DNA of 64,000 nucleotides from a virus: IMG/VR virus record IMGVR_UViG_3300032050_010539; one strand, written 5' to 3'. Every line of letters starts with the position of its first letter. Positions within the stretch are counted from its first letter, which is position 1. The position numbers and the translations under genes are program-made. Below are positions 54,232-64,000 of this stretch, in pieces. The notes under the pieces were generated by a model. The model was not told the origin of the DNA, did no database searches, and worked only from the letters and a program-made list of their open reading frames with translations.

Positions 54232-55245
54232 GTGATTGTAAATATAATGGGACTAGGCCCGCGCGGCCTATCAGTAGCGTTAGAAGCACTTAATCAAGGT
54301 CTATCTGTACGTGCATGGGACCCGAGGCCCCTGAGCAGCTGGAGTAAAGATGAAGTAGTACCCAATCTACAGATGAGGAGTCCTATCTCCTTTGACCTAT
54401 GTACTAATATAGAGGGCGCTGATTACAGCCTCTGTCACTACCTACAACGAGAGCCTATACTGGGGAGCCAGCGTGAGATAGAGGCAGTGCAGGAACGATG
54501 CAACAGGGATGTATTCGAGGGCTACTTACAGTGGGCCTTACAACGAGCACTGAGCATGGGTCTAGAGATAGGCCCCCTAGAGGAGGGCCCCCTGGTTATA
54601 GCTACAGGACAACGAGAGCAGCGCGTGCCTGATTGGACAGTGGGTTACGATACTCATACGCTCAGTCACTACCTGAAGCACCCGGCACTTAATAAACGCC
54701 TCCTAGTATTAGGTAGCGGTCAGGGCGCGGCAGAGGCAGTAGCGCACCTAGCGCAGAACAATGAAGTTACCTGGAGTCACGGGGGGTACCGTATAGATAA
54801 TTACCCCGCTCCATCCTACGCGCACTGGTATAATAAGACAGCGCTGGGCGGATACTATAGAACCCTCCCATTAAATAAACGTGCTGAGTACCTATCTCGT
54901 GTTAAGAGATGGGGGCCCAGCATCACGCCATATATAGCCAATGAGCTAGCCCAGTATAATTACAAGGAGATACCCCGCATAACTAATAGTAGAGAGATAC
55001 CGGATGTGGATTCTATTGTATTAGCGACTGGCTTCTACCCATCGTGGCCAATGAATTATCCTGCTGATCCAATATTAGTTAGATTTCCACTAGTTAAGCC
55101 CGGCTTTCGTCTAATAAAGAATGTATATATAACGGGAATAGGGGCTACAGCATACGATGGGCCTCGTCAGAACTCATTGATTAGCGCTGGTATAACCAGT
55201 CGTGAGATAGTCAATGCCATAATAGAAGACGCCATAGTGAGATAA
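54232..55245 (+). CDS. Flavin-dependent lysine/ornithine N-monooxygenase-like protein (IucD/PvdA/SidA family)
   Basis: GLGPRG FAD motif, GSGQGAAE NADPH motif and IVLATGF motif. Confidence 0.75.
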   Translation: MIVNIMGLGPRGLSVALEALNQGLSVRAWDPRPLSSWSKDEVVPNLQMRSPISFDLCTNIEGADYSLCHYLQREPILGSQREIEAVQERCNRDVFEGYLQWALQRALSMGLEIGPLEEGPLVIATGQREQRVPDWTVGYDTHTLSHYLKHPALNKRLLVLGSGQGAAEAVAHLAQNNEVTWSHGGYRIDNYPAPSYAHWYNKTALGGYYRTLPLNKRAEYLSRVKRWGPSITPYIANELAQYNYKEIPRITNSREIPDVDSIVLATGFYPSWPMNYPADPILVRFPLVKPGFRLIKNVYITGIGATAYDGPRQNSLISAGITSREIVNAIIEDAIVR

Positions 55246-55802
55246 TGAGTACTACCATCATAAGTAAGACTACACCAGAAGGGCGGGTATATCGTCTGAT
55301 ACAGATGAGAGACACACTGCCCTTACGTGTGGGAATAGGCCGCTATACGACATGGGCCCCCGATAACCCACTAGATATAGATGAGCCGCCGGATAGACCT
55401 ATACCGCAGGACCCTGCATTCCTGAGCACACAGGTTATACTACGCCCTCACCGAGTATCACTGGCCTATAGAGTAGAGAGCGGCGGTGATATTATACAGG
55501 GGGACCAGCGCTGGAACATAATACCTAACGATAGAGCTAACCTTATATCACTCCTAGGCTTATTACCCCAGGCGTTATACGTAGAAGCAATAGTATCAGG
55601 TGAGCAGGTACCCGGGGCCTTCCGTTCTGCATCACTGCTAACTGATGTAGTATTACAAACAGGCGCGAATACTAATGCTGACTTCTGGCTACCCGGCGAA
55701 TGGCTCGACACGGGCCCTGCGCAGATGGCACTCCTATTCACCCCCGTGACTCACGCAACCCCTACTGACCGCACACGCGTTAAATTCATATTACCTATTT
55801 AA
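55245..55802 (+). CDS. Putative baseplate protein
   Basis: 185 aa; GIGR.T.W..PP, LYVEA and FRS pattern; precedes DUF4815-like genes. Confidence 0.55.
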   Translation: MSTTIISKTTPEGRVYRLIQMRDTLPLRVGIGRYTTWAPDNPLDIDEPPDRPIPQDPAFLSTQVILRPHRVSLAYRVESGGDIIQGDQRWNIIPNDRANLISLLGLLPQALYVEAIVSGEQVPGAFRSASLLTDVVLQTGANTNADFWLPGEWLDTGPAQMALLFTPVTHATPTDRTRVKFILPI

Positions 55803-55805
55803 TCG

Positions 55806-58800
55806 ATGTCTATATTACAAAGACCAGAATACCCCGAGAATTATACCCTCGATAGTAATTGGGTGAAAGTACTACCAGAGGACGGCCAACCCTTAGTGGC
55901 GCAGGACCTCCTAGAGATGCAATCAATAGTGCATGGCCAGTTCCAGACCGGTATGGATACGCTCTATAGAGATGGTACTATACTCTCGGGTGTAGAGTTA
56001 GTCGTCGTAGGTGATGACGGTACGACCATGGATATTCTTATAACTGAAGGCCGTGTATATGCTGCGGGTGTAGTAGTCAAGACTAAGCCCACGCGCTTTC
56101 AGGTATCACGAGAAGGAGAGACTACATTTTATCTCGAGGTCACCACTACCGTACTCGAGGATGAGAGTATGCGGGCCGGCAATCAATACGGGCCCCGGGG
56201 GGCATCTCGATTAGTAGTTAATAGTAGTATAGTCCTTACGGGGCGAGGGTATCCCCTCTACTCTATACGCAATGGATTACCTATTAATAGAGCGAGGGAC
56301 CTACCTGGTGGTATTGAGGAGACACTAGCAGAGAGAGTATTTGAGAGACACGGTAACTTCTGCGTGCGAGGGCTGGACCTAGCGCTACTGGACCGCCCCC
56401 GCACTCTAGCTGATACCAGTCTAGTGACGCTCAATGAAAATTACTCTACACTAGAGGCGCGGGCTACTGAATCACGTAGCCTATATCTAGAGAGTAAGAG
56501 TAGACTAGATGGATTACTACTGCGATTAGATGATGCACGGGATATAAGTAGTGTCAGCCCCACGCCCGCTAACCTGACTATACTCGCTGATCTTGAGACG
56601 CGTGTAGTGGAAGAAGAGGCCCTGGTAGCTACACTAGAGGCTACCTACAGAGAGAGACAGACGGCAGCACTGGGCGGGCTAGCAGAATTAGAGGAGGCCC
56701 GACGTAGGTCAGAGTCTTCACTTGGTATGTCACTGGCACCTGGAGTAGCCTACGTCGTGGGGCGTAGAGTAGTTATTGATACACCAATAAATCTAGCACT
56801 ACAGCGTACCACAGATAGTCAGGTAGTAACGGCGGCTACATTTACTTATGCAGGTATAACTGCTATAGCCAACCGCACCATATCGCTGCAGGGTACCTCC
56901 ACGTGGGCTAATGTACTAGCACAGGGTACCCAAGTAAGCATAAGCTTTGCTCCTATCAATAACTTGACTATAACTGTGACGGCTAATACTTCAGCAGCCA
57001 CCTCAGTAGAAACCTTCATAGACTACGTAATAGCTCGCATAGCTACTGGTACTGATAGTAATAGTACTATTACTGGTACCAACATTACTACGGATGCGGC
57101 CCGTAATCTACTCCGAGATGCCATAGCCTTCCGCCGTAATGGACTGACACTCGTCATGGAGTCCATAGGTATAGGTACCACGTCTAACCTAGTGAACATT
57201 ACCATAGGTATCACTATCACAGGAGGGGCCCCCAGTAATTTACTAGGCGTCGACGTGCCCATCGGACCCATTGGAGGTGCAGCCAGTACTAATGAGTTTA
57301 TGTTAACTCGCCGACCCGTCAAGGAGGTAACGCGACTAGTAGCTACGCTCCAGGAGAATACGGCTGCCATAGTGCGCGGGCCTACACCCGGCACTAGTGA
57401 CTACCTAGGGCGAGATACTGTATCTAGTGTGAAATCTGTATTCCAGGGCTCTATTAATTACATAGAGGGCCGGGACTTCCAGGTTCTCGATGGTGGTAGA
57501 CTGGAGTGGGCTCCTAATGGCACAGGGGCTATAGAGCCGGCACCTGGTACTACCTATTTTGTGACGTATACGTACTCTAGTCAATTAACACTAGGAGTAG
57601 ATTTCAATCTCCTGACGGCTACTGACACTATAGTATTTACTGGTACACGGAGCCCCGCACCTAATACTACATTCCAGGTAGACTATAGTTATTTCCTCAG
57701 CCGCATAGCTATAGTGACGCTAGATAAGGAGGGGCAGCCCGCTGTCATATATGGTGAGGTAGGAGTTAATCCACAGCCTCCTGCTGTTAGTGGTTCAGTA
57801 CTACCATTAGCACGTGTGCTTATAAGTAATAATAGCGCCATCATTGAGCCTATCGACTGTCGTCCTGTCAATTACGATAGTATACGGCAGCTAGCCAGCG
57901 CTGTATCGTCATTATCAGATGATATAGATAGACTACGACTCACAACTAGAGCAGAGGGGCTGGCTTTCACTAATACAGGAGCCGTACCTAACTTTACATC
58001 TATAGATGCCCTAGTGGATAGTAACGGCATTAACCTAACGGAGAGTACAGGTATGCTCTCACCTCTAACTAATAGTCTGACATCCAATAGAGTATATAGC
58101 GATGTCAGAGCAACGGCTCCCTCGGCTAGACCTAATAACGCAGGAGACCCCTACATTGTAGTACCTACATATACAGAGAGTATCTTCCTCGAGCAAACTA
58201 AGCTGACGAAAGAGAGAAGTATACAGCAAACTACAGCCCCGCGGTTATTCTGCCGCAGAGTCATCATGGCTAATAGCGATCTAGGGCGGATTAACCCCTG
58301 CGACGAGCTGGCCGTCCGAGGAGCTGCTCTATTCAGCTCCACTAGTAATCCCCTCTATCGATTTATCAATGAGGGCAATAGAGCGGAGTTCACGCGGCTA
58401 TCTCGTCGTGTACGAGAGGCTATATCAGCAGGTGAGGCTATACCAGCTATAGGTGCTAATCTAATGGGGAGCGAGGAGATAGATAAGGCGCGGGCCCAGA
58501 ATATACGATACACTATACGAGGAGAGGGGCTCCCTCAGGCCAGCTATCAACTACTGATAGCTGACACTATCATGACTACTGCAGTACCAATTAATAACAC
58601 ACCAATATCGGGCACCCTACCATTCGCGTTCCGGCCCCGATCTAATGGCATACTCGAGATCGAGTTATTCCTGCCCGCGCTACCCCCCGGTGTCCATGCC
58701 GTAGTGCTACAGTCTGATACACTGAGTGTAAGTAATACGATATCGATATTTAATAATAACCTGACCCACGTGGCGCTAGGCGGGGCGGCCTCCTGGGGGT

Positions 58801-59885
58801 TACCATCATCCTCAATAGATACCCAGCCCCTACCCCTGATGCCGAGGGTAGGCTTCGACCCACTGATGCAGACATTTCAGGCACCCTCTGATATGTACCT
58901 GAGCAGTCTTGAGATAAGAATAGCATCGGCGCCGGCATCAGGAGCCTTAGTTATATCATTGCGGGATGGCACAGCTACTACACCGGGGCAGATACTACTA
59001 GGAGAGGCTCTTGTCAGTGGAGCGGTATTACCTGATATACAGGGGCGGCTCTGGACTAAATACGTATTCCCTACTCCCATCTATCTCAAGGAGGATCAGT
59101 ATTATACACTAGGCTTCCGCAGTACAGAGGGAGACTGGAGCGTATTCACTAGTGAGATAGGAGAGGCCGATATACTAGATGCGGGGCTTCTAATAGGACA
59201 GCAGCTAGGCATAAATGGTAACATCTGGTCCAGTGACGGTACTATCATCTCTAATCACGAGAGAGAAGATATTAGTATGCGGCTCTACCGCGCTGTATTC
59301 CCGACGACTCCGATTAGTATAGATCTAGGTAGCTACTCTTACAGTATGACGGCCTTCGCCCTCAATGTACGAGACATAGTACCAGCAGGCTGCACAATAG
59401 ATTATCAGTACAAGGCGGGCGAAAATCCTAACTGGATATCTATAGCGCCTAATACACCTATATGTCTAGATAGAGTAGAGTCTACACTCCTCCTACGTGC
59501 AGTATCCACAGGTACAGCAGCCCTAACTCCCATCATAGAAATAGGGACAGTATCCCTCTATCGTAACCTGTCACCCACGCAGCATATATCTAACTGGCAG
59601 CCTATTCTCCAGACGAGTACGAAATTTACAATAGCCATAACAGCACTAATGCCGCCATCGAGTACGCTACAAGTAAGGATACAGTTCAGCACAGGGGGCT
59701 GGTACGTTCTAAACAACCCAACCACAGTCATACTAGATGCAGGACTAGGACTATCTCGCCTAACTTATGAATATGTATCTCCTGGCCCGCGTAGTGGAGA
59801 GCTGAAGTGGTCTATAGACGCATTTGGAATTTCGACAACAGACGTGCCATCTATAATGGAGGTAGTAGTATATGGAACGAACTAA
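55806..59885 (+). CDS. Large virion baseplate/tail protein (DUF4815-like)
   Basis: GQPLVAQDLLEMQSI, LAERVFERHGNFCVRG, APGVAYVVG and DPLMQTF motifs. Confidence 0.75.
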   Translation: MSILQRPEYPENYTLDSNWVKVLPEDGQPLVAQDLLEMQSIVHGQFQTGMDTLYRDGTILSGVELVVVGDDGTTMDILITEGRVYAAGVVVKTKPTRFQVSREGETTFYLEVTTTVLEDESMRAGNQYGPRGASRLVVNSSIVLTGRGYPLYSIRNGLPINRARDLPGGIEETLAERVFERHGNFCVRGLDLALLDRPRTLADTSLVTLNENYSTLEARATESRSLYLESKSRLDGLLLRLDDARDISSVSPTPANLTILADLETRVVEEEALVATLEATYRERQTAALGGLAELEEARRRSESSLGMSLAPGVAYVVGRRVVIDTPINLALQRTTDSQVVTAATFTYAGITAIANRTISLQGTSTWANVLAQGTQVSISFAPINNLTITVTANTSAATSVETFIDYVIARIATGTDSNSTITGTNITTDAARNLLRDAIAFRRNGLTLVMESIGIGTTSNLVNITIGITITGGAPSNLLGVDVPIGPIGGAASTNEFMLTRRPVKEVTRLVATLQENTAAIVRGPTPGTSDYLGRDTVSSVKSVFQGSINYIEGRDFQVLDGGRLEWAPNGTGAIEPAPGTTYFVTYTYSSQLTLGVDFNLLTATDTIVFTGTRSPAPNTTFQVDYSYFLSRIAIVTLDKEGQPAVIYGEVGVNPQPPAVSGSVLPLARVLISNNSAIIEPIDCRPVNYDSIRQLASAVSSLSDDIDRLRLTTRAEGLAFTNTGAVPNFTSIDALVDSNGINLTESTGMLSPLTNSLTSNRVYSDVRATAPSARPNNAGDPYIVVPTYTESIFLEQTKLTKERSIQQTTAPRLFCRRVIMANSDLGRINPCDELAVRGAALFSSTSNPLYRFINEGNRAEFTRLSRRVREAISAGEAIPAIGANLMGSEEIDKARAQNIRYTIRGEGLPQASYQLLIADTIMTTAVPINNTPISGTLPFAFRPRSNGILEIELFLPALPPGVHAVVLQSDTLSVSNTISIFNNNLTHVALGGAASWGLPSSSIDTQPLPLMPRVGFDPLMQTFQAPSDMYLSSLEIRIASAPASGALVISLRDGTATTPGQILLGEALVSGAVLPDIQGRLWTKYVFPTPIYLKEDQYYTLGFRSTEGDWSVFTSEIGEADILDAGLLIGQQLGINGNIWSSDGTIISNHEREDISMRLYRAVFPTTPISIDLGSYSYSMTAFALNVRDIVPAGCTIDYQYKAGENPNWISIAPNTPICLDRVESTLLLRAVSTGTAALTPIIEIGTVSLYRNLSPTQHISNWQPILQTSTKFTIAITALMPPSSTLQVRIQFSTGGWYVLNNPTTVILDAGLGLSRLTYEYVSPGPRSGELKWSIDAFGISTTDVPSIMEVVVYGTN

Positions 59886-62394
59886 GCTACTATTCACGGA
59901 TGGCCGGCCCCTACAAGCGCGAGAGCTCATAGAGATGCAGGATCTCTTACACTTGCATGTAGAGGAAATGAGCCGCAGTCTATACGATGTCTATTACCTA
60001 GCGGAGGTAGATATAATATGGGCGCCCCCCAGTCTAACAATACAAGGTGGTCTGATATATATAGAGGAGGAGGGCTGGTATCGCATTAGCCCAGCCCAGC
60101 TAACTATAACCAGTGACGCCAACGTTACACTCCGCATATACCGGATAGATTATGATGGGCGCAGTATCCTATTTCCTGAACCAGTAGTAGGGCAGGACGG
60201 TTACCCATTCCTGCAGATATCGGAGGGCCAGATACTCATATACGATGGTAAGCGATTCAGTCGGGCCCCGCGCAGTAAAGTAGCATCACTCGAGGAGGCC
60301 ATAGAGTTAGTAGACAAAGAGGTATACGGCAACTACATACAGCGAGGCCTAGAGGTACTAGGCCTGCGTTTCGATAATGCGCTAGAGATAGACCTAACAC
60401 AGAATCAACCTATTCAACGTCTGGCCGTCCAGCCCGGCCGGGCCTTCATAGATGGTAAGATAGTGGATCTATACGAGCCTGTCTATCTGCCCATGGTGGT
60501 TAGTGGTGAGATCGTCATAGATAAGAAAGGTGAGGTGAGAATAGGTACGGGGCCCCTCACGCTAGCACGTATAAGCAATAGTGAACTAATAGCCAGCGAT
60601 AATAGATGGGTAGAGCCCGGCCTACTGCGAGATCTACAGGTTAAGTTGAACACACTACGAGAGGAGGCTATAGATATAGCTCTAGAACGACTTAACTTCT
60701 ACTCGGGAGCCCCGCGTATTCTAGAGAGCGGCTTTGTAGAATCCTTCCAGAATACACTGGGAACTGACATCACAGCTCCTGGTTTTGACTGTGCTATGAC
60801 AGGTTACATGACATTACCTAGCTCGTACAACACAATCAGGCCCGATAACCTAACTATAGGCGGTAGTAGTAATGTAACCATAACGGAGTCTGGAGGGAGT
60901 CTACAGACGGCATATCTACGGCCTGCCCCTGATCTCATAATTGATCAACGACGTGCTACAGGCAGTCTGGGATTAGCAGCCCAGACACGAGACGTACGTA
61001 TGACGCTCAACCCACCAGTAGTAGCACCCGATGCAAGGCGCATCGAGTACCAGCTAGGCCATCTCACTATAGCCACCGAGGCAGTGCAAGTCACAATCAC
61101 TATAGAGGGTCTGTTATCTCTAGAGAGTGGTATAGTATTACAAATAGATGGACGGACTCCCCAGGCTACAGTAACCCGTGGCTCTATAGAAGACGGGCGC
61201 TATAGGGCTGATGTCAGTGGCATACTAGTAGCAAATATAGCAGTCCCCTCTAGTAGCGCAGTACCATCTATAACAGCAACAGGAAATGGATGGACAATAG
61301 GACAGTGTCTGGAGTTTGGTTCCACTGGAGCCCCCGCACCAGCTGTAGTACAGGTCAGGGAGGGCATGGCACAACTGTTTACTCTATCAACAGCCAATAC
61401 TATAACGGGTATACGCGTATATCCTGCGGGGGCCATAAGCGCTTGGGTGAGTCTAGTAGCAGCACCCAATAATATACCAGAGGAGAGGGAGCTAGGACGG
61501 GTCCGCCTGCAGGTAACGAGCGGTAGCCCTGATACACCAGTAGAGTTGACCTTCGACCCGCCCATCAATCTAGTGGCAGGTAGTTACTGTGTGGTCATTA
61601 GTGCCACTAGCCCGGGCTCTATGCACATCAATACAAACGCACAGCCTGCTATATCACGATACCAAGAGGGGCCAGACATACCCGGCTACCTCCTGACACG
61701 CAGTGGTAGTAACTGGCAGTCACAGACCAATAGTGATCTAACATACCAACTAATAGGAGGGAGTCTAGGTTCGACAGGTTATATAGACTTCACCTATAGC
61801 CCGGCGCCTGAGGCGGATACTCAGGTAGACCTAACACAGCTCAATAGCCTCTGGAGTTATAACCTAGGTCAGGGGGGCTCATTCTCTACCTTCTATAAGG
61901 AAGGGCAGGAGCTAGTGTCCTTACCAGAGCGAACTACGGAGCTGCCGGATAATCTAGAGATGAGACTAGTGCTCTTCACTACAGGCACGACACCCATAGT
62001 TTACCTCAACAGGAGTATGCTGATTATAGGGCGGGCCCGTTCTAGAGCTACCTGGATCAGCATAGATTATCCTACGCGTGACTACACTAATGTCAAGGTT
62101 ATATACCGCGCCTTCCTACCGCAGGGTAGTAGTGTAGTAGCCAGTGCCAGCTCCAATGGGGGCCAGACCTGGACTGAAATGCCTACTCCTACCTCTACGC
62201 TGGTAGATGGTAATATACCCCTCATTGAGAATGAGACTACATTGTCTGGGCTCACTCCCACTGTATTAGTGCGTCAGGGTGATAATGATGTACCATTGGT
62301 TAGAAATCGCATACGCATTAGATTACAAATAATCGTAAGCGGCACCATAACTATATTACCCTATGTCTCGAGCCTACAGTGTCTGACATATTAG
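59872..62394 (+). CDS. Second DUF4815-like virion protein
   Basis: GRPLQARELIEMQD, EVYGNY..RG, PGRAFIDG, GFVESF and MAQLF motifs. Confidence 0.7.
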   Translation: MERTKLLFTDGRPLQARELIEMQDLLHLHVEEMSRSLYDVYYLAEVDIIWAPPSLTIQGGLIYIEEEGWYRISPAQLTITSDANVTLRIYRIDYDGRSILFPEPVVGQDGYPFLQISEGQILIYDGKRFSRAPRSKVASLEEAIELVDKEVYGNYIQRGLEVLGLRFDNALEIDLTQNQPIQRLAVQPGRAFIDGKIVDLYEPVYLPMVVSGEIVIDKKGEVRIGTGPLTLARISNSELIASDNRWVEPGLLRDLQVKLNTLREEAIDIALERLNFYSGAPRILESGFVESFQNTLGTDITAPGFDCAMTGYMTLPSSYNTIRPDNLTIGGSSNVTITESGGSLQTAYLRPAPDLIIDQRRATGSLGLAAQTRDVRMTLNPPVVAPDARRIEYQLGHLTIATEAVQVTITIEGLLSLESGIVLQIDGRTPQATVTRGSIEDGRYRADVSGILVANIAVPSSSAVPSITATGNGWTIGQCLEFGSTGAPAPAVVQVREGMAQLFTLSTANTITGIRVYPAGAISAWVSLVAAPNNIPEERELGRVRLQVTSGSPDTPVELTFDPPINLVAGSYCVVISATSPGSMHINTNAQPAISRYQEGPDIPGYLLTRSGSNWQSQTNSDLTYQLIGGSLGSTGYIDFTYSPAPEADTQVDLTQLNSLWSYNLGQGGSFSTFYKEGQELVSLPERTTELPDNLEMRLVLFTTGTTPIVYLNRSMLIIGRARSRATWISIDYPTRDYTNVKVIYRAFLPQGSSVVASASSNGGQTWTEMPTPTSTLVDGNIPLIENETTLSGLTPTVLVRQGDNDVPLVRNRIRIRLQIIVSGTITILPYVSSLQCLTY

Positions 62395-62714
62395 AAAGTA
62401 TAGTAGCGCGTATACCAATTAATCACGCTGTGCCCCTCATCGCAGGGGCACTATATCGTCGTACCGTACCGCAGCTGGCAGCGCGGGGCTACGATAATAG
62501 ACTGGCCCTATTATTACAGGGCCTCCCTATAGCTGACTTCACAGATGAGGAGCTCGATTACCTAACAACGCTACCACTAGGCCTCCTAACGGCAGGTACG
62601 ACTAATACGTATAGAGAGCTGTATTACCGCGGGCAGTATATTCATATACCCTCTTATCTATCTGACCACACCATAGCCCAATTCCTAGTAATAGTGGAGA
62701 GCCTGCGTGAGTAA
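62379..62714 (+). CDS. Hypothetical protein
   Basis: 111-aa overlapping ORF. Confidence 0.6.
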   Translation: MSDILESIVARIPINHAVPLIAGALYRRTVPQLAARGYDNRLALLLQGLPIADFTDEELDYLTTLPLGLLTAGTTNTYRELYYRGQYIHIPSYLSDHTIAQFLVIVESLRE

Positions 62715-64000
62715 TACCAATACTACCCCACGAGTACCGGCCGCCGCACCTAACACAACAGTTGGCACTAAGCTGGGGTTGAATGATATAGTAACAGGTA
62801 AGGAGTATCCCGTTAACTTCTATCTTAGTCCTCCTACCTACGATAGCGATATAGATCTTATTGTAGAACTACTAGATAGTGACCAATTAAATAATGAAGC
62901 CAGAACAGAAGCTATAAAGTACCTCAGAGAAGTTTCTACATTGCCTCTTACTGAAGACTTCACCGAGGCAGGAAGAGATAAGGCCAGTGAGTATGTAGCA
63001 GAACTTGCCACTCCGGGTAGTATAGGTATACCTACAGGTAATGAAGTAGATCCTTCTAAGGGAGATTCCAGCAAATTAACAACTAAGCAGGAGCCGACTA
63101 TAACGTATCCACCTGCGGCAGACTGGGGTATGAGAGTTACACAAGTAGACACTAATAAGAGTTATTTCTTCAGTCTATTGCCGGCTATGGACTCAGTCAT
63201 ACCTATGACAGCGAGTAAGGATGTACCCAACGCACTGCCGGGATTACACATACGAGTTAAGGCTAATATTGCTAAGTTGCGGGTACCAGGCAGCACACCT
63301 ATCTACCAGCACATGGGGATAGATAGTGTAATGATAACTGTAGTAGGGATGTTCACTGGAGTAGATGGCGATAAACCGAGCCCGGCTACCTATCTATCTC
63401 ATGCTACTGGTAAGGATAAGGTCGGGACTCTTATGGCTAAGCTAGATACTTATGGCGCTATGCAAAGCTTCTACGAGCACGCATACCTGAGTGGGGCTGA
63501 TCTAGACGTAGAGATTAACATGGCACGCTACCAGGCCTTCGATGTAGAGGAGGGAGTGATACGCTCAGCTAAAACAGGTAATCCCCGCTTCCGCGGACAC
63601 CTATCACTACTCGAGGTAGCACATGCGCGTAGCGATAGAACATACTATACGCTACAATTCGAGACACGCTCTCTAACGGAGGATAAGTGTGAGATAACTA
63701 AGATAGAACATATACCTGCCAGTCTCAAAGAGGCTATAAGCCGGACTACAGTAGAAGAGCAGGCCAATGCGGTGGATAGCGCCCTGGCTATAATTGAGGA
63801 TATTGAGATGGCTAAGCGGGGAATCGATGGCAAAACGCTCTCTCAATGGGAGAGCAGGGATCCTGACCCCATCACCGGCCAGCGCCTTAGCGTGCATGAG
63901 GTATGTGATAGGGGTGGGGCGTGCAGATATTACGTCGTCTCTATAGGACAAGTATTTGAAGTAACTGGTGAAGATGCAATAAATAAACTTAAGGATGAAA
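62707..64000 (+). CDS. Tail/baseplate protein with P2 gpU-like tube-initiator motif, runs off the right edge (absent from the ORF track)
   Basis: GTG 62707 with GGAG RBS is open to the window end; NIAKLRVPGSTPIYQHMGIDSVMITVVGMF. Confidence 0.7.
   Translation, partial: MSNTNTTPRVPAAAPNTTVGTKLGLNDIVTGKEYPVNFYLSPPTYDSDIDLIVELLDSDQLNNEARTEAIKYLREVSTLPLTEDFTEAGRDKASEYVAELATPGSIGIPTGNEVDPSKGDSSKLTTKQEPTITYPPAADWGMRVTQVDTNKSYFFSLLPAMDSVIPMTASKDVPNALPGLHIRVKANIAKLRVPGSTPIYQHMGIDSVMITVVGMFTGVDGDKPSPATYLSHATGKDKVGTLMAKLDTYGAMQSFYEHAYLSGADLDVEINMARYQAFDVEEGVIRSAKTGNPRFRGHLSLLEVAHARSDRTYYTLQFETRSLTEDKCEITKIEHIPASLKEAISRTTVEEQANAVDSALAIIEDIEMAKRGIDGKTLSQWESRDPDPITGQRLSVHEVCDRGGACRYYVVSIGQVFEVTGEDAINKLKDE

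Noticed and set aside
1-64000. Stop-codon reassignment suggested by frequent TAG trinucleotides
   Set aside because: The standard code gives long, densely packed ORFs; TAG arises out of frame from CTA-G/ATA-G/GTA-G and is also used as a normal stop.

Overview
A 64-kb stretch of a large myovirus genome covering most of the virion-morphogenesis region: two endolysins, PAAR, tail chaperone, portal, protease/scaffold, two head proteins, sheath, tube, baseplate, spike and tail fibres. From recognition rather than a database search, gene order, the 774-aa sheath and a Microcystis-like insert point to a Microcystis aeruginosa phage of the Ma-LMM01/MaMV-DC type. The main result is the 3562-aa minus-strand ORF (7932-18620). 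It carries, in order, the motifs of both barrels of a two-barrel (beta/beta'-type) RNA polymerase, including an intact DFDGD catalytic motif. It also has an N-terminal phospholipase-D-type nuclease with two HxK motifs and a hydrophobic C-terminus, making it a candidate virion-packaged single-subunit RNA polymerase fused to a nuclease. Next to it, a tail-assembly-chaperone gene has an in-phase A-AAA-AAG -1 frameshift site that joins two ORFs. An AT-rich, host-like island (about 46.0-52.2 kb) sits between baseplate and tail-fibre genes and holds a paralog array, decayed toxin-antitoxin genes and an intact selO/ydiU AMPylase. I recognised no terminase, tRNA, rRNA or CRISPR array in the window.
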